From NCBI RefSeq assembly GCF_009914755.1, contig NC_060925.1: a stretch of 64,000 nucleotides of DNA. The stretch is one strand, 5' to 3'. The translations under genes and the position numbers were made by a program. This document shows positions 1 through 15,194 of the stretch, one piece after another. The DNA comes from the human T2T-CHM13v2.0 reference genome, Homo sapiens. Below the pieces are notes generated by a model. That model searched no databases, had not been told where the DNA came from, and worked only from the letters and a program-made list of their open reading frames with translations. Position 1 is the first letter of the stretch. Every line of letters begins with the position of its first letter.

Positions 1-3000
1 TATCAACGAATGCACTTGAATGGGATCATTGAATGGACTCGAATGGAATCATTATTGAATGGAATTGAATGGAATCATCGAATGGTCTCGAATGGAATCA
101 TTATCAAATGGAATCGAATGGAATCACCGAATAGAATCGAATGGAACAATCATCGAATGGGCTCGAATGGAATCATCTAATGGAATGGAATGGAATAATC
201 CATGGACACGAATGCAATCATCATCGAATAGAATTGAATGGAGTCATCAAATGGAGTGGAATGGAACAGTCAATGAACTCGAATGGAATCATCATTGAAT
301 GGAATCGAATGGAATCATTGAGTGGAATCGAATGGAATCATAATCAAATGGAATCGAGTGTAATCATCATCAAATGGTATCAAAAATAACTATCATCAAT
401 TGGTATTGAATGGAATTGTCATCAAATGGAATTCAAAGGAATCATCATGAAATGGAACCGAATGGAAATCTCATTGAATGGAAATGAAATGAGTCATCAT
501 CTAAAGGAATCGCAAGGAGTCACCATCAAATGGAATCGAATGGAATCATCATCGAATGGAAATGAAAGGAGTCATCATCTAAACGAATCGCATGGAATCA
601 TCATCAAATGGAATCGAATGGAATCATCATCGAATGGAAATGAAAGGAGTCATCATCTAAAGGAATCGCAAGGAGTCACCATCAAATGGAATCGAATGGA
701 ATCATCATTAAATGGAATCTAATGGAATCATTGAACGGAATTCAATGGAATCGTCATCAAAAGAATTTAATGCAATCATCGAATGGTCTCGAAGGGAATT
801 GTCTTCAAATGGAATGGAATGGAATCATCGCATAGAATCGAATGGAATTATCATCGAATGGACTCGAATGGAATCAAAATCAAACGGAATCAGATGGAAT
901 TATCGAATGGAATCGAAGAGAATCATCGAATGGACTCGAATGGAAACATTTAATGGAATGGAATGGAATAATCCATGGACTCGAATGCAATCATCATCGA
1001 ATGGAATCGAATGGAATCATTGAATGGACTCGAATAGAGAAATCATTGAACGGAATCGAATGGAATCATCGTCGGATGGAAACGAATGGAATCATCAAAT
1101 GGAATCAGGTCGAATCATCATCAAATGTAATCGAATAGAATTATGGAATGAAATACAATGTGATCATCATCGAATGGACTCGAATGAAATCATCATCCAG
1201 TGGAATCTAATGGAATCAAGATCGAATGGAATCGAATGGAAACAGCATCAAAATGCAACGAATGTAATTATCATGAAATTGAAATGGATGGACTCATCAT
1301 CGAATGGATTCGAATGCAATCATCGAATGAAATTTATTGAAATCATCATCAAATTGAATCGAATGGAATCATTGAATGGAATCGATTGGAATCATCATCA
1401 GATGGAAATGAATGGAATCATCATAGAATGGAATCGAATGGATTCATTGAATGGAATCAGATGGAATCATCGAATGGATTTGAATGGAATCTGTGAATGG
1501 ACTCGAAGGGAATCATTATTGAATGGAATTGAATGGAATCATCGAATGGTCTCGAATGGAATCATTATCAAATGGATTCACTGAATAGAATCATCGAATG
1601 GAATCCCCGAACAGAATCGAATGGAACAATCATCGAATGGACTCATATAGAATCAACATCAAAAGGAATCAAACGGAATTATCGAATGGAATCGAAGAGA
1701 ATCATCGAATGCACTCGAATGGAATCATCTAGTGGAATCGAATGGAATAATCCATGGACTCGAATGCAATCATCATCGAGTAGAATCGAATGGAATCATC
1801 AAATGGACTCGAATGGAATAATCATTGAACGGAATCGAATGGAATCATCATCGGATGGAAACTAATGGAATCATCATCAGATGGAAACGAATGGAATCAT
1901 CATCGAATGGAAATCAAAGGAGTCATCATCTAATGGAATCGAATGGAATCATCATCAAATGGAGTCGAATGGAATCATCATCAAATGGAATCTAATGGAA
2001 TCATTGAACGGAATTGAATGGAATCGTCATCGATTGAATTGAATGCAATCATCGAAAGGTCTCGAATGGAATCATCTTCAAATGGAATGGAATGGAGTCA
2101 TCGCATAGAATCGAATGGAATTATCATCGAATGGACTCGAATGGAATCAACATCAAACGGAATCAAACGGATTTATAGAATGGAATCGAAGAGAATCATC
2201 AAATGGGCTCGAACAGAATCATCTAATGGAATGGAATGGAATAATCCACGGACTCGAATGAAATCATCATCGAATGGAATCGAATGGAATCATCGAATGT
2301 AATCGAATGGAATCATCAAATGGACTCTAATGGAATAATCATTCTACGGAATCGAATGGAATCATCATCAAATGGAATCTAATGGAATCATTGAACGGAA
2401 TTGAATGGAATCATCATCGAATGAATTGAATGCAATCATCGAATGGTCTCGAATGGAATCATCTTCAAATGGATTGGAATGGAATCATCGCATAGAATTG
2501 AATGGAATTATCATCGATTGGACTCGAATGGAACCAACATCAAACGGAATCAAACGCAAATATCGAATGGAATCGAAAAGAATCATCGAATGGACTCGAA
2601 TGGAATCAGCTAATGGAATGGAATGGAATAATCCATGGACTCGAATGAAATCATCATCGAATGGAATCGAACGGAATCATCGAATGGACTCGAATGGAAT
2701 AATCATCGAACGGAATCCAATGGAATCATCATCGGATGGAAACGAATGGAATCATCATCGAATGGAATCGAATGGAATCATCAAATGGAATCAGATGGAA
2801 TCAACATCAAATGGAATCGAATAGAATTAGGGAATGATATCCAATGTGATCATCATGGAATGGACTCGAATGGAATCATCATCCAATGGAAACTAATGGA
2901 ATCAACATCGAATGGAATCGAATGGAAACACCATCTAATTCAGAAGAATGGAATTATCATGAAATTGAAATGGATGGACTCATCATCGAATGGATTCGAA

Positions 3001-6000
3001 TGGAATCATCGAATGAAATTGATTGAAATCATCATCAAATGGAATCGAATGCAATCATTGAATGGAATCGAATGGAATCATCATCAGATGGAAATGAATG
3101 GAATCGTCATAGAATGGAATCGAATGGATTCATTGAATGGAATCAGATGGAATCATCGAATGGACTTGAATGGAATCATTGAATGGACTCGAATGGAATC
3201 ATTACTGAATGGAATTGAATGGAATCATCGAATGGTCTCGAATGGAATCATTATCAAATGGAATCGAATGGAATCACCGAATATAATCGAATGGAACAAT
3301 CATCGAATGGACTCAGATGGAATTATCCTCAAATGGAATCGAATGAAATTATCGAATGCAATCGAATGGAATTATCGAATGCAATCGAACAGAATCATCA
3401 AATGGACTCGAAAGGAATCATCGAATTGAATGGAATAGAATAGTCAATGAACTCGAATGGAATCATCATTGAATGGAATCGAATGTAATCATCGAGTGGA
3501 GTCGAATGGAATCATGATCAAATGGAATCGAAAGTATTCATCATCAAATAGAATCAAAAATAACCATCATAAATTGGTATTGAAAGGAATTGACATCAAA
3601 TGGAATACAAAGGTATCATCATCAAATGGCACCGAATGGAATCCTCATAGAATGGAAATGAAAGGAGTCATCATCTAATGGAATCGCATGGAAACATCAT
3701 CAAATGGAATCGAATGGAATCATCATCAAATGCAACTGAATGGAATCCTCAATTAATGGAAATGAAAGGAGTTATCATCTAATGGAATCGCATGGAATCA
3801 TCATCAAATGGAATCGAATGGAATCATCATCAAAGGGAATCTAATGGAATCATTGAACGGAATTGACTGGAATCGTCATCGAATGAATTCAATGCAATCA
3901 TCGAATGGTCTCGAAAGGAGTCATTTTCATATGGAATGGAATGGAATCATCGCATAGAATCGAATGGAATTATCATCGAATGGATTCGAATGGAATCACC
4001 TAATGGAATGGAAAGGAATAATCCATGGACTCGAATGAAATCGTCATCGAATGGAATCGAATGGAATCATCGAATGGACTCGAATGGAATAATCATTGAA
4101 CGGAATCGAATGGAATCATCATCGGATGGAAACGAATGGAATCATCATCGAATGGAATCGAATGCAATCATTAAATGGAATCATATGGAATCATCATCAA
4201 ACGGAAACTAATAGAATCATGGAATGTAATACAAAGTGATCATCATCGAATGGACTCGAATGGAATCATCATCCAATGGAAACTAATGGAATCAACATCG
4301 AATGGAATCGAATGGAAACACCATCGAATTGTAACGAATGGAAATATCATGAAATTGAAATGGATGGACTCATCATCGAATGGATTCGAATGGAATCATC
4401 GAATGAAATTGATTGAAATCATCATCAAATGAAATCGAATGGAATCATTGAATGGAATTGAATGGAATCATCATCAGATGGAAATGCATGGAATCATCAT
4501 AGAATGGAATCGAATGGATTCATCAAATGAAATCAGATGGAATCATCGAATGGACTTGAATGGAATCTGTGAATGGACTCGAATGGAATCATTATTGAAT
4601 GGAATTGAATGGAATCATCGAATGTTCTCGAATGGAATCATTATCAAATGGAATCGAATGGAATCACCGAATAGAATCGAATGGAACAATCATCGAATGG
4701 ACTCAAATGGAATTATCCTGAAATGGAATCAAATGGAATTATCGAATGCAATCGAATGGAATTATCGAATGCAATCGAATAGAATCTTCGAATGGACTCG
4801 AATGGAATAATCGAATGGAATGGAATGGAATAGTCAATGAACTCGAATGGAATCATCATTGAATGGAATCGAATGGAATCATGACCAAATGGAATCGAAT
4901 GTAATCATCATCAAATGGAATCAAAAATAACCATCATCAATCGGTATTGAATGGAACTGTCATCAAAAGGAATTCAAAGGAATCATCATCAAATGGAACC
5001 GAATGGAATCCTCATTGAATGGAAATGAAAGGAGTCATCATCTAATGGAAACGCATGGAATCATCATCCAATGGAACCGAATGAAATCATCATCAAATGG
5101 AACCGAATGGAATCCTCACTGAATGGAAATGAAAGGAGTCATCATCTAATGGAATCGCATGGAATCATCATCAAATGGAATCGAATGGAATCATCATCAA
5201 ATGGAATCTAATGGAATCATTGAACAGAATTGAATGGAATCGTCATCGAATAAATTGAATGCAATCATCGAATGGTCTCGAATGGAATCATCTTGAAATG
5301 GAAAGGAATGGAATCATCGCATAGAATCGAACGGAATTAAAATTGAATGGACTCGAATGGAATCAACATCAAACGGAATCAAACAGAATTATCGAATGGA
5401 ATCGAAGAGAATCATCGAATGGACTCGAATGGAATCATATAATGGAATGGAATGGAATAATCCATGGACTCCAATGCAATCACCATCGAATAAAATCGAA
5501 AGGAGTCATCGAATGGACTCGAATGGAATAATCATTGAACGGAATCAAATGGAATCATCATCGGATGGAAACGAATGGAATCATCATTGAATGGAATCGA
5601 ATGGAATCATCGAGTGGAGTCGAATGGAATCATGATCAAATGGAATCGAATGTAATCATCATCAAATGGAATCAAAAATAACCATCATCAATTGGTATTG
5701 AATGGAATTGTCATCAAATGGAATTCAAAGGAATCATCATCAAATTGAATCGAAAGGAATCATCATCAAATGGATTCTAATGGAATTATTCAACGGAATT
5801 GAATGGAATCGTCATGGAATGAATTGTATGCAATCATCGAATGGTCTCGAATGGAATCATCTCCAAATGGAATGGAATGGAATTATCGCATGGAATCGAA
5901 TGGAATTATCATTGAATGGACTCGAATGGAACCAAAATCAAAACGAATCAAACGGAATTATCGAATGGAATTGAAGAGAATCATCGAATGGACTCGAATG

Positions 6001-9000
6001 GAATCATCTAATGGAATGGAATGGAATGGAATCATCCATGGACTCGAATTCAATCATCATCGAATGGAATCGAATGGAATCATCGAATGGACGCGAATGG
6101 AATAATCATTGAACGGAAGCGAATGGAATCATCATCGGATGGAAACGAATGGAATCATCATCGAATGGAATCGAATGGAATCATCAAATGGAATCAGATG
6201 GAATCATCATCAAATGGAATCGAATAGAATTATGGAATGAAATCCAATGTGATCATCATCGAATGGACTCGAAAGGAATCATCATCCCATGGAAACTAAT
6301 GGAATCAACATCGAATGGAATCGAGTGGAAACACCATCGAATTGAAACGAATAGAATTATCATGAAATTGAAATGGATGGACTCATCATCGAATGGATTT
6401 GAATGGAATCATCGAATGAAATTGATTGAAATCATCGTCAAATGGAATCGAATGGAATCATTGAATGAATTCGAATGGAATCATCATCAGATGGAAACGA
6501 ATGGAATCATCATAGAATGGAATTGAATGGATTCATTGAATGGAATCAGATGGAATCATCGAATGGAGTTGAATGGAAACATTGAATGGACTCGAATGGA
6601 ATCATCTAATGGAATGGAATGGAATAATCCATGGACTCGAATGCAATCATCATCGATTAGAATCGAATGGAATAATCGAATGGACCCGAATGGAATAATC
6701 ATTGAACGGAATTGAATGGAATCATCATTGGATGGAAACGAATGTAATCATCATCGAATGGAAATGAGAGGAGTCATCATCTAATGGAATGGCATGGAAT
6801 CATCATCAAGTGGAATCTAATGGAATCATTGAACGTAATTGAATGGAATCCTCATCGAATAAATGGAATGCAATCATCGAATGGTCTCGAATGGAATCAT
6901 CTTCAAATGGAAACGAATAGAATCATCGCATAGAATCGAATGCAATTATCATCGAATGGACTCGAATGCAATCAACATCAAATGGAATCAAACGGAATTA
7001 TCGAATGGAATCGAAGAGAATCATCGAATAAACTCGAATGGAATCATCTAATGGAATGGAATGGAATAATCCATGGATTCGAATGCAATCATCATCGAAT
7101 GGAATCGAATGGAATCGTCGAATGGACTCGAATGGAATAATCATTGAACGGAATCGAATGGAATCATCATCGAATGGAATCGAACGGAATCATCAAATGG
7201 AATCAGATGGAATCAGCATCAAATCGAATCGAATAGAATTATGGAATGAAATCCAATGTGATCATCATCGAATGGACTCGAATGGAATTATTGAATGGAA
7301 TGGAATGGAATAGTCAATGAACTCGAATGGAATCGTCATTGAATGGAATCGAATGGAATTATCGAGTGGAACCGAATGGAATCATGATCAAATGGAATCG
7401 AATGTAATCATCGTCAAATGGAATCAAAAATAACCATCATCAATTTGTATTGTATGGAATTGTCATCAAATTGAATTCAAAGAAATCATCATCAAATGGA
7501 ACCGAATGGAATCCTCATTGAATGGAAATGAAAGAATCATCATCTAATGGAATCACATGGAATCATCATCAAATGGAATCTAATGGAATCATTGAACGGA
7601 ATTGAATGGAATGGTCATCGAATGAATTGAATGCAATCATCGAATGGTCTCGAATGGAATCATCTTCAAATGGAAATTAATGGAATCATCGCATAGAATC
7701 GAATGCAATTATCATCGAATGGACTCTAATAGAATCAACATCAAATGCAATCAAACGGAATTATCGAATGAATTGAAGAGAATCATCGAATGGACTCCAA
7801 TGGAATCATCTACTGGAATGGAATTGAATAATCCATGGATTCGAATGCAATCATCATCGAATGGAATCGAATGGAATCGTCGAATGGACTCGAATGGAAT
7901 AATCATTGATCGGAATCTAATGGAATCATCATCGAATGGAATCGAATGGAATCATCAAATGGAGTCAGATGGAAGCATCATCAAATGGAATCGAATAGAA
8001 TTATGGAATGAAGTCCAATGTGATCATCATCGAATGGACTCGAATGGAATCATCATTGAATGGAATCGAATGGAATCATTGAGTGGAATCGAATGGAATC
8101 ATGATCAAATGGAATCGAATGTAGTCATCTTCAAATGGAATCAAAAATAACCATCATCAATTGGTATTGAATGGAATTGTCATCAAATGGAATTCAAAGG
8201 AATTGTTATCCAATGGAACCGAATGGAATCCTCATTGAATGGAAATGAAAGGAGTCATCATCTATTGGAAACGCATGGAATCATCATCAAATGGAATCGA
8301 ATGGAATCATCATCAAATGGAATCTAATGGAATCATTGAACGGAATTGAATGGAATCGTCATCGAATGAATTGAATGAAATCATCGAATGGTCTCGAATG
8401 GAATCATCTTCCAATGGAAAGGAATGGAATCATCGCATAGAATCGAATGGAATTATCATTGAATGGACTCAAATGGAATCAACATCAAACGGATTCAAAC
8501 GGAATAATCGAATGGAATTGAAGAGAATCATTGAACGGACTCGAATGGAATCATCTAATGGAATGGAATGGAATAATCCATGGACTCGAATGCAATCATC
8601 ATCGAATGGAATCGAATAGAATTACGGAATGAAATCCAATGTGATCATCATCGAATGGACTCGAAAGGAATCATCATCCAATGGAAACTAATGGAATCAA
8701 CATCGAATGGAATCGATTGGAAACACCATCGAATTGAAACGAATGTAATTATCATGAAATTGAAGTGGACGGACTCATAATCGAATGGATTCGAAAGGAG
8801 TCATCGAATGAAATTGATTGAAATCATCATCAAATGGAATCGAATGGAATCATTGAATGGAATCGAATGGAATCATCATCCCATGGAAATGAATGGAATC
8901 ATCATAGAATGGAATCGAATGGATTCATTGAATGAAATCAGATGGAATCATCGAATGGACTTGAATGGAATCATTGAATGGACTCGAATGGAATCATTAT

Positions 9001-12000
9001 TGAATGGAATTGAATGGAATCATCGAATGGTCTCGATTGGAATCATTATCAAATGGAATCGAATGGAATCACCGAATAGAATCGAATGGAACAATCATCG
9101 AATGGACTCAAATGGAATTATCCTCAAATGGAATTATCGAATGCAATCGAATGTAATTATTGAATGCAATCGAAGAGAATCTTCGAATGGACTCGAATGG
9201 AATCATCGAATGAAATGGAATGGAATAGTCAATGAAATCGAATGGAATCATCATTGAATGGAATCGAATGGAATCATCGAGTGGAATCGAATGGAATCAT
9301 GATCAAATGGAATCGAATGTAATCATCATCAAATGGAATCCAAAATAACCATCATCAATTGGTATTGAATGGAATTGTCATCAAATGGAATTCAAAGGAA
9401 TCATCATCAAATGGAACCGAATGGAATCCTCGTTGAATGGAAATGAGCGGAGTCATCATCTAATGGAATTGCATGGAATCATCATCAAATGGAATCGAAT
9501 GGAATCATCATCAAATGGAAACTAATGGAATCATTGAACGGAATTGAATGGAATCTTCATCGAATGAATCGAATGCAATCATCGAATGGTCTCGAACGGA
9601 TTCATCTTCAAATGGAATGGAATGGAATCATCGCATAGAATGGAATGGAATTATCATCGAATGGACTCGAATGGAATCAACATCAAACGGAATCAAACTT
9701 AATTATCGAATGGAATCGAAGAGAATAATCGAATGGACTCGAATGGAATCATCTAATGGAATAGAATGGAATAATCGATGGACTCGAATGCAATCTCCAT
9801 CGAATAGAATCGAATGGAATCATCGAATGGACTCGAATGGAATAATCATTGAACGGAATCGAATGGAATCTTCACTGGATGTAAACGAATGGAATCATCA
9901 TCGAATGGAAATGAAAGGAGTCATCATCTAATGGAATCGGATGGAATGATCATCAAATGGAATCGAATGGAATCATCATCAATAAATGGAATCTAATGGA
10001 ATCATTGAACCGAATTGAATGGAATCGTCATCGAATGAATTGAATGCAATCATCGAATGGTCTCGAATGGAATCATCTTCAAATGGAATGGAATGGAATC
10101 ATCGCATAGAATCGAATGGAATTATCATCAAATGGACTCGAATGCAATCAACATCAAACGGAATCAAACGGAATTATCGAATGGAATCGAAGAGAATCAT
10201 CTAATGGACTCGAATGGAATCATCTAATGGAATAGAATGGAATAATCGATGGACTCGAATGCAATCTCCATCGAATAGAATCGAATGGAATCATCGAATG
10301 GACTCGAATGGAATAATCATTGAACGGAATCGAATGGAATCTTCACTGGATGTAAACGAATGGAATCATCATCGAATGGAAATGAAAGGAGTCATCATCT
10401 AATGGAATCGGGTGGAATCATCATCAAATGGAATCGAATGGAATCATCATCAATAAATGGAATCTAATGGAATCATTGAACCGAATTGAATGGAATCGTC
10501 ATCGAATGAATTGAATGCAATCATCGAATGGTCTCGAATGGAATCATCTTCAAATGGAATGGAATGGAATCATCGCATAGAATCGAATGGAATTATCATC
10601 GAATGGACTCGAATGCAATCAACATCAAATGGAATCAAACGGAATTATCGAATGGAATCGAAGAGAATCATCTAATGGACTCGAATGGAATCATCTAATG
10701 GAATGGAATGGAATAATCCACGGACTCGAATGCAATCGTCATCGAATGGAATCGAATGGAATCATCGAATGGACTCGAATGGAATAATCATTGAACAGAA
10801 TCGAATTGAATCATCATTGGATGGCAACGAATGGAATCATCATGGAATGGAATAGAATGGAATCATCAAATGGAAACAGATGGAATCATCATCAAATGGA
10901 ATCGAATAGAATTATGGAATGAAATCCAAAGTGATCCTCATCGAATGGACTCGAATGGAATCATCATCCAATGGAAACTAATGGAATCAACATCGAATGG
11001 AATCAAATGGAAACACCATCGAAGTGAAACGAATGGAATTATCATGAAATTGAAATGGATGGACTCATCATCGAATGGATTTGAATGGAATCACCGAATT
11101 ACATTGATTGAAATCATCATCAAATGGAATCGAATGGAATTATTGAATGGAATCGCATGGAATCATCATCAGATGGAAATGAATGGAATCATCATAGAAT
11201 GGAATCGAATGGATTCATTGAATGGAATCAGATGGAATCATCGAATGGACTTGAATGGAATCATTGAATGGACTCGAATGGAATCATTATTGAATGGAAT
11301 TGAATGGAATCATCGAATGGTCTCGAATGGAATCATTATCAAATGGAATCGAATGGAATCATCTGATACAATCGAATGGAACAATCATCGAATGGACTCA
11401 AATGGAATTATCCTCAAATGGAATCAAATGGAATTATCGAATGCAATCGAATGGAATTATCGATTGAATTCGAATAGAATCATCGAATGGACTCGAATGG
11501 AATCATCAAATGAAATGGAATGGAATAGTCAATGAAATCGAATGGAATCATCATTGAATGGAATCGAATGGAATCATCGAGTGGAATCGAATGGAATCAT
11601 GATCAAATGGAATCGAATGTAATCATCATTAAATGGAATCAAAAATAACCATCATCAATTGGTATTGAATGGAATTGTCATCAAATGGAATTCAAAGGAA
11701 TCATCATCAAATGGAACCGAATGGAGTCCTCGTTGAATGGAAATGAAAGGAATCATCATCTAATGGAATCGCATGGAATCATAATCAAACGGAATCGAAT
11801 GGAATCATCATCAAATGGAATCTAATGGAATCACTGAACAGAATTGAATGGAATCGTCTTCGAATCAATTGAATGCAATCATCGAATGGTCTCGAATGGA
11901 ATCATCTTCAAATGCAAAGTAATGGAATCGTCGCATTGAATCGAATGGAATTATCATTGAATGGACTCGAATGGAATCAGCATCAAACGGAATCAAACGG

Positions 12001-13653
12001 AATTATCGAATGGAATCGAAGAGAATCATCGAATGGACTCGAATGGAATCATCTAATGGAATGGAATGGAATAATCCATGGACTCGAATGCAATCACCAT
12101 CGAATAGAATCGAATGTAGTCATCAAATGGACTCGAATGGAATCCTCTAATGGAATGGAATGGAATAATCCATAGACTCGAATGCAATCACCATCGAAGA
12201 GAATCGAATATAGTCATCGAATAGACTCGATTGGAATAATCATTGAACGGAATCGAATGGAATCATCATCGGATGGAAACGAATGGAATCATCATCGAAT
12301 GGAAATGAAAGGATTCATCATCTAATGGAATCGCATGGAATCATCATCAAATGGAATCGAATGGAATCATCATCAAATGGAATCTAATTTAATCATTGAA
12401 CGTAATTGAATGAATCGTCATCGAATGAATTGAATGCAGTCATCGAATAGTCTCTTATGGAGTCATCTTCAAATGGAATGGAATGGAATCATCACATAGA
12501 ATCGAATGGAATTATCATCGAATGGACTCGAATGGAATCAACATCAAACGGAATCAAACGGAATTATCGAATGGAATCGAAGAGAATCATCGAATGGACT
12601 CGAATGGAATCATCTAATGGAATGGAATGGAATAATCCATGGACTTGAATGCAATCATCATCGAATGGAATGGAATGGAATCATCGAATGGACTCGAATG
12701 AAATAATCATTGAACGGAATCGAATGCAATCATCATCGGATGGAAACGAATGGAATCATCGAATAGACTCGAGTGGAATCATCGTCGAATATAATCAAAA
12801 GCAATCATCAGATGGATTCGAATACAGTCCTCGAATGGACTGGAATGGAATCATCATTGAATGGAATCACCGAATGGGCTCCAATGAAATCATCATCGAA
12901 TGGAATCGAATGGAATCATCATCGAATGGAATCAAATAGAATCATCAATGAATGGAATCGAATGGAGTCTTCGAATGGAGTCCGTTAGAATCATCATCGA
13001 ATGGAACCGATTGCAGTCCTCATCTAATGGAATCAATTGGAATCATCGAATGGACTCAATGGAATCATCATCGCATGGAATCAAATGGAATCGTCGAATG
13101 GACTCACATGTAATCATCATCGAATGGAATCGAATGGAATAAATGATTGGACAGGAATGGAATCACCATTGAATGGAAACGAATGGAATCTTCGAATGGA
13201 ATTGAATGAAATTATTGAACGGAATCAAATAGAATCATCATTGAACAGAATGAAATTGGATCATCATCGAATAGAATCTAATGAAATCAACATTGAAAGG
13301 AATCTAGTGGAGTTATCATCTAATGGAATTGAATGGAATCAGCAAGGAATGGAATCGAATGGAGAAATTGAATGGAATCCGTTGGAATCATCATCTTATG
13401 GAACCGAATGCAGTCATCATAGAATGGAATTGAATGGAATCAATGAAGGGACTTGAATTGTGTCATCATTGAATGGAATCGGATGGAATCATCAAATGGA
13501 CTCGAATGGAATCATCGAATGGACTCTAATGGAATCGTCATCGAATGGACTCGAATGGAATCATTGAATGGACTCGAATGGAATCATCATCGAATGGAAT
13601 CGAGTGGAATCTTCGAATGGAAACAAATGGAATCATCGAATGGAATCGAAGAG
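1..13653 (+). repeat. Human satellite 2 (HSat2/HSATII) array, GAATG-rich strand on +; continues off the left end
   Basis: Continuous degenerate GGAAT pentamers with the diagnostic AATCGAATGGAATCATCATCGAATGG context and dense TCGA; ends at ...ggaatcgaagag before non-satellite sequence. Confidence 0.98.
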
Positions 13654-13709
13654 ATTTATAAGAAACTTACTTGAACCAAACAATAGAAAAACAAACAAAC
13701 CAAAACTCC

Positions 13710-14040
13710 CTAAAACTGTGATGAGGAAAGTAGACATCAGAACAGGAAATATCACTAGGGATGAAGAATAACATTTCAAAATGAAAAAGGGGAAAATACA
13801 CCAAGAAGTCATGTAAATAAGAAATATGTATGCACACAATAGCATTACTTCAAAATACTTAATATAAAACCTATTAAAACTGAAAGGTAAAATAGTAAAA
13901 CCATAGTCATCCATGGGGATTTCAACAGTCTCCTGCCAGAAATGTTTAAATTTTGTTAAACGAAATGTTGGGAAGGGTAGAGAGGATCTTAAAAATATAA
14001 TTAGCCAATTTGATCTAATTGAATCTTTTAGAACAATCTA
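13710..14040 (+). mobile_element. Ancient L1 (L1M/L1ME-type) ORF2 endonuclease fragment
   Basis: Conceptual translation with stops/frameshift (VDIRTGNITRDEE*HFKMKKGKIHQE..NMYAHN..GDFN) resembles the L1 EN motifs RDKEGHYIMVKGSIQQE..NIYAPN..GDFN. Confidence 0.8.
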
Positions 14041-15194
14041 AGGATGAGGAATGAGGTAGCAGAGAGAGAAAAGGCAGACATCAAGGTGACATTAGTGTTT
14101 CAAGGCTATGAGAATACACCAATAATGGTGTGTGTGTGTGTGCAGATGGTAAGCTCAATCTTAAAAATGTTGAGTTTTAACTGACAATTCATTATTAGGA
14201 AAGATAAGAGGAAATGATATCTAGTGAGAGGCTATATGACTGAACTCTAAGAGAAAGGTCACAGCAGAAATTGTGTACTTGACAGCTCTATAAGGAGGTC
14301 AGTCAAAAATAAGTCAGTGATGAATTCTCTGGTGTAAAAGCAGAGGAATGAGGATTAGATTGAAAACACATGGAAGCAGAGTGACTTATGATAAAAACAT
14401 GAGCTTGAAAATCCTGCAGAGAGGGCTTTAAATCCTGGGTATGATATTCTGCTTGTGTAGGCAATAGTGATAAAAACACAACAACAAAGAGAGGTAAAGA
14501 GCACTTTCCTTTGATATAAATAAAGGGCACGTCTTATTGCACATATATATATATATATATATGTATTGAACTGAGATTCAACATGTTTCTCTCATTGAAA
14601 CAGCAAGCTCTCCAGGCCTTCATGTTCCCAGTGAGGTAGATAAACTTCTGATGATTATACTCACCCTCCCTCATTGCAAAGCTCCCATTGTTATTGTCTT
14701 GGCTCTGGATTCCCTCAAAAATAGACTATGAAACAAATATCTGGGGTCAGATACTTTAATCAGAAATTGAGTGAGAAAGCACAGAAGTGGAGAAAATGAA
14801 ACAGAACACGAAGCCAGTGTCAATGAGTAGTTACTACTGTGTGCTCAGTAATGATGGAGGTATGGAGATTGTGTCAAAATAACTTTACAAAGAGATGGGG
14901 ATGCTGGAATCCCCAAGTCTTATTGCTTAAGGATTGCCTTAGAATCATTAACTCTCCACCCCTAACTCCTTCTTTGTTCCTATGTGTGGTTGAGAAGCAC
15001 TGGTTAGCCTCAAGGAGCTTGCAGGCAGGCCCAAAAATCAGAAAGACAGGCATGATGTGGGGAGCTCTCAGTTATCTGGAATCAGGTGAATTTCAGATGA
15101 ACACATTGAGTCCAGGACATAGAAGACAAGTCATCAGCAATATCTGCTATAGCCAGTTTACTTTTTCTTTTTAAGAATATATATACATTTTATT

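Noticed and set aside
1-13653. Repeat-spacer appearance suggestive of CRISPR
   Set aside because: No unique spacers and no cas genes; primate satellite in an Alu/L1 context.
59-13771. Dozens of ORFs up to 264 aa (MESSSNGIEWNH...)
   Set aside because: Translations of HSat2 pentamer repeats in overlapping frames; no gene structure.
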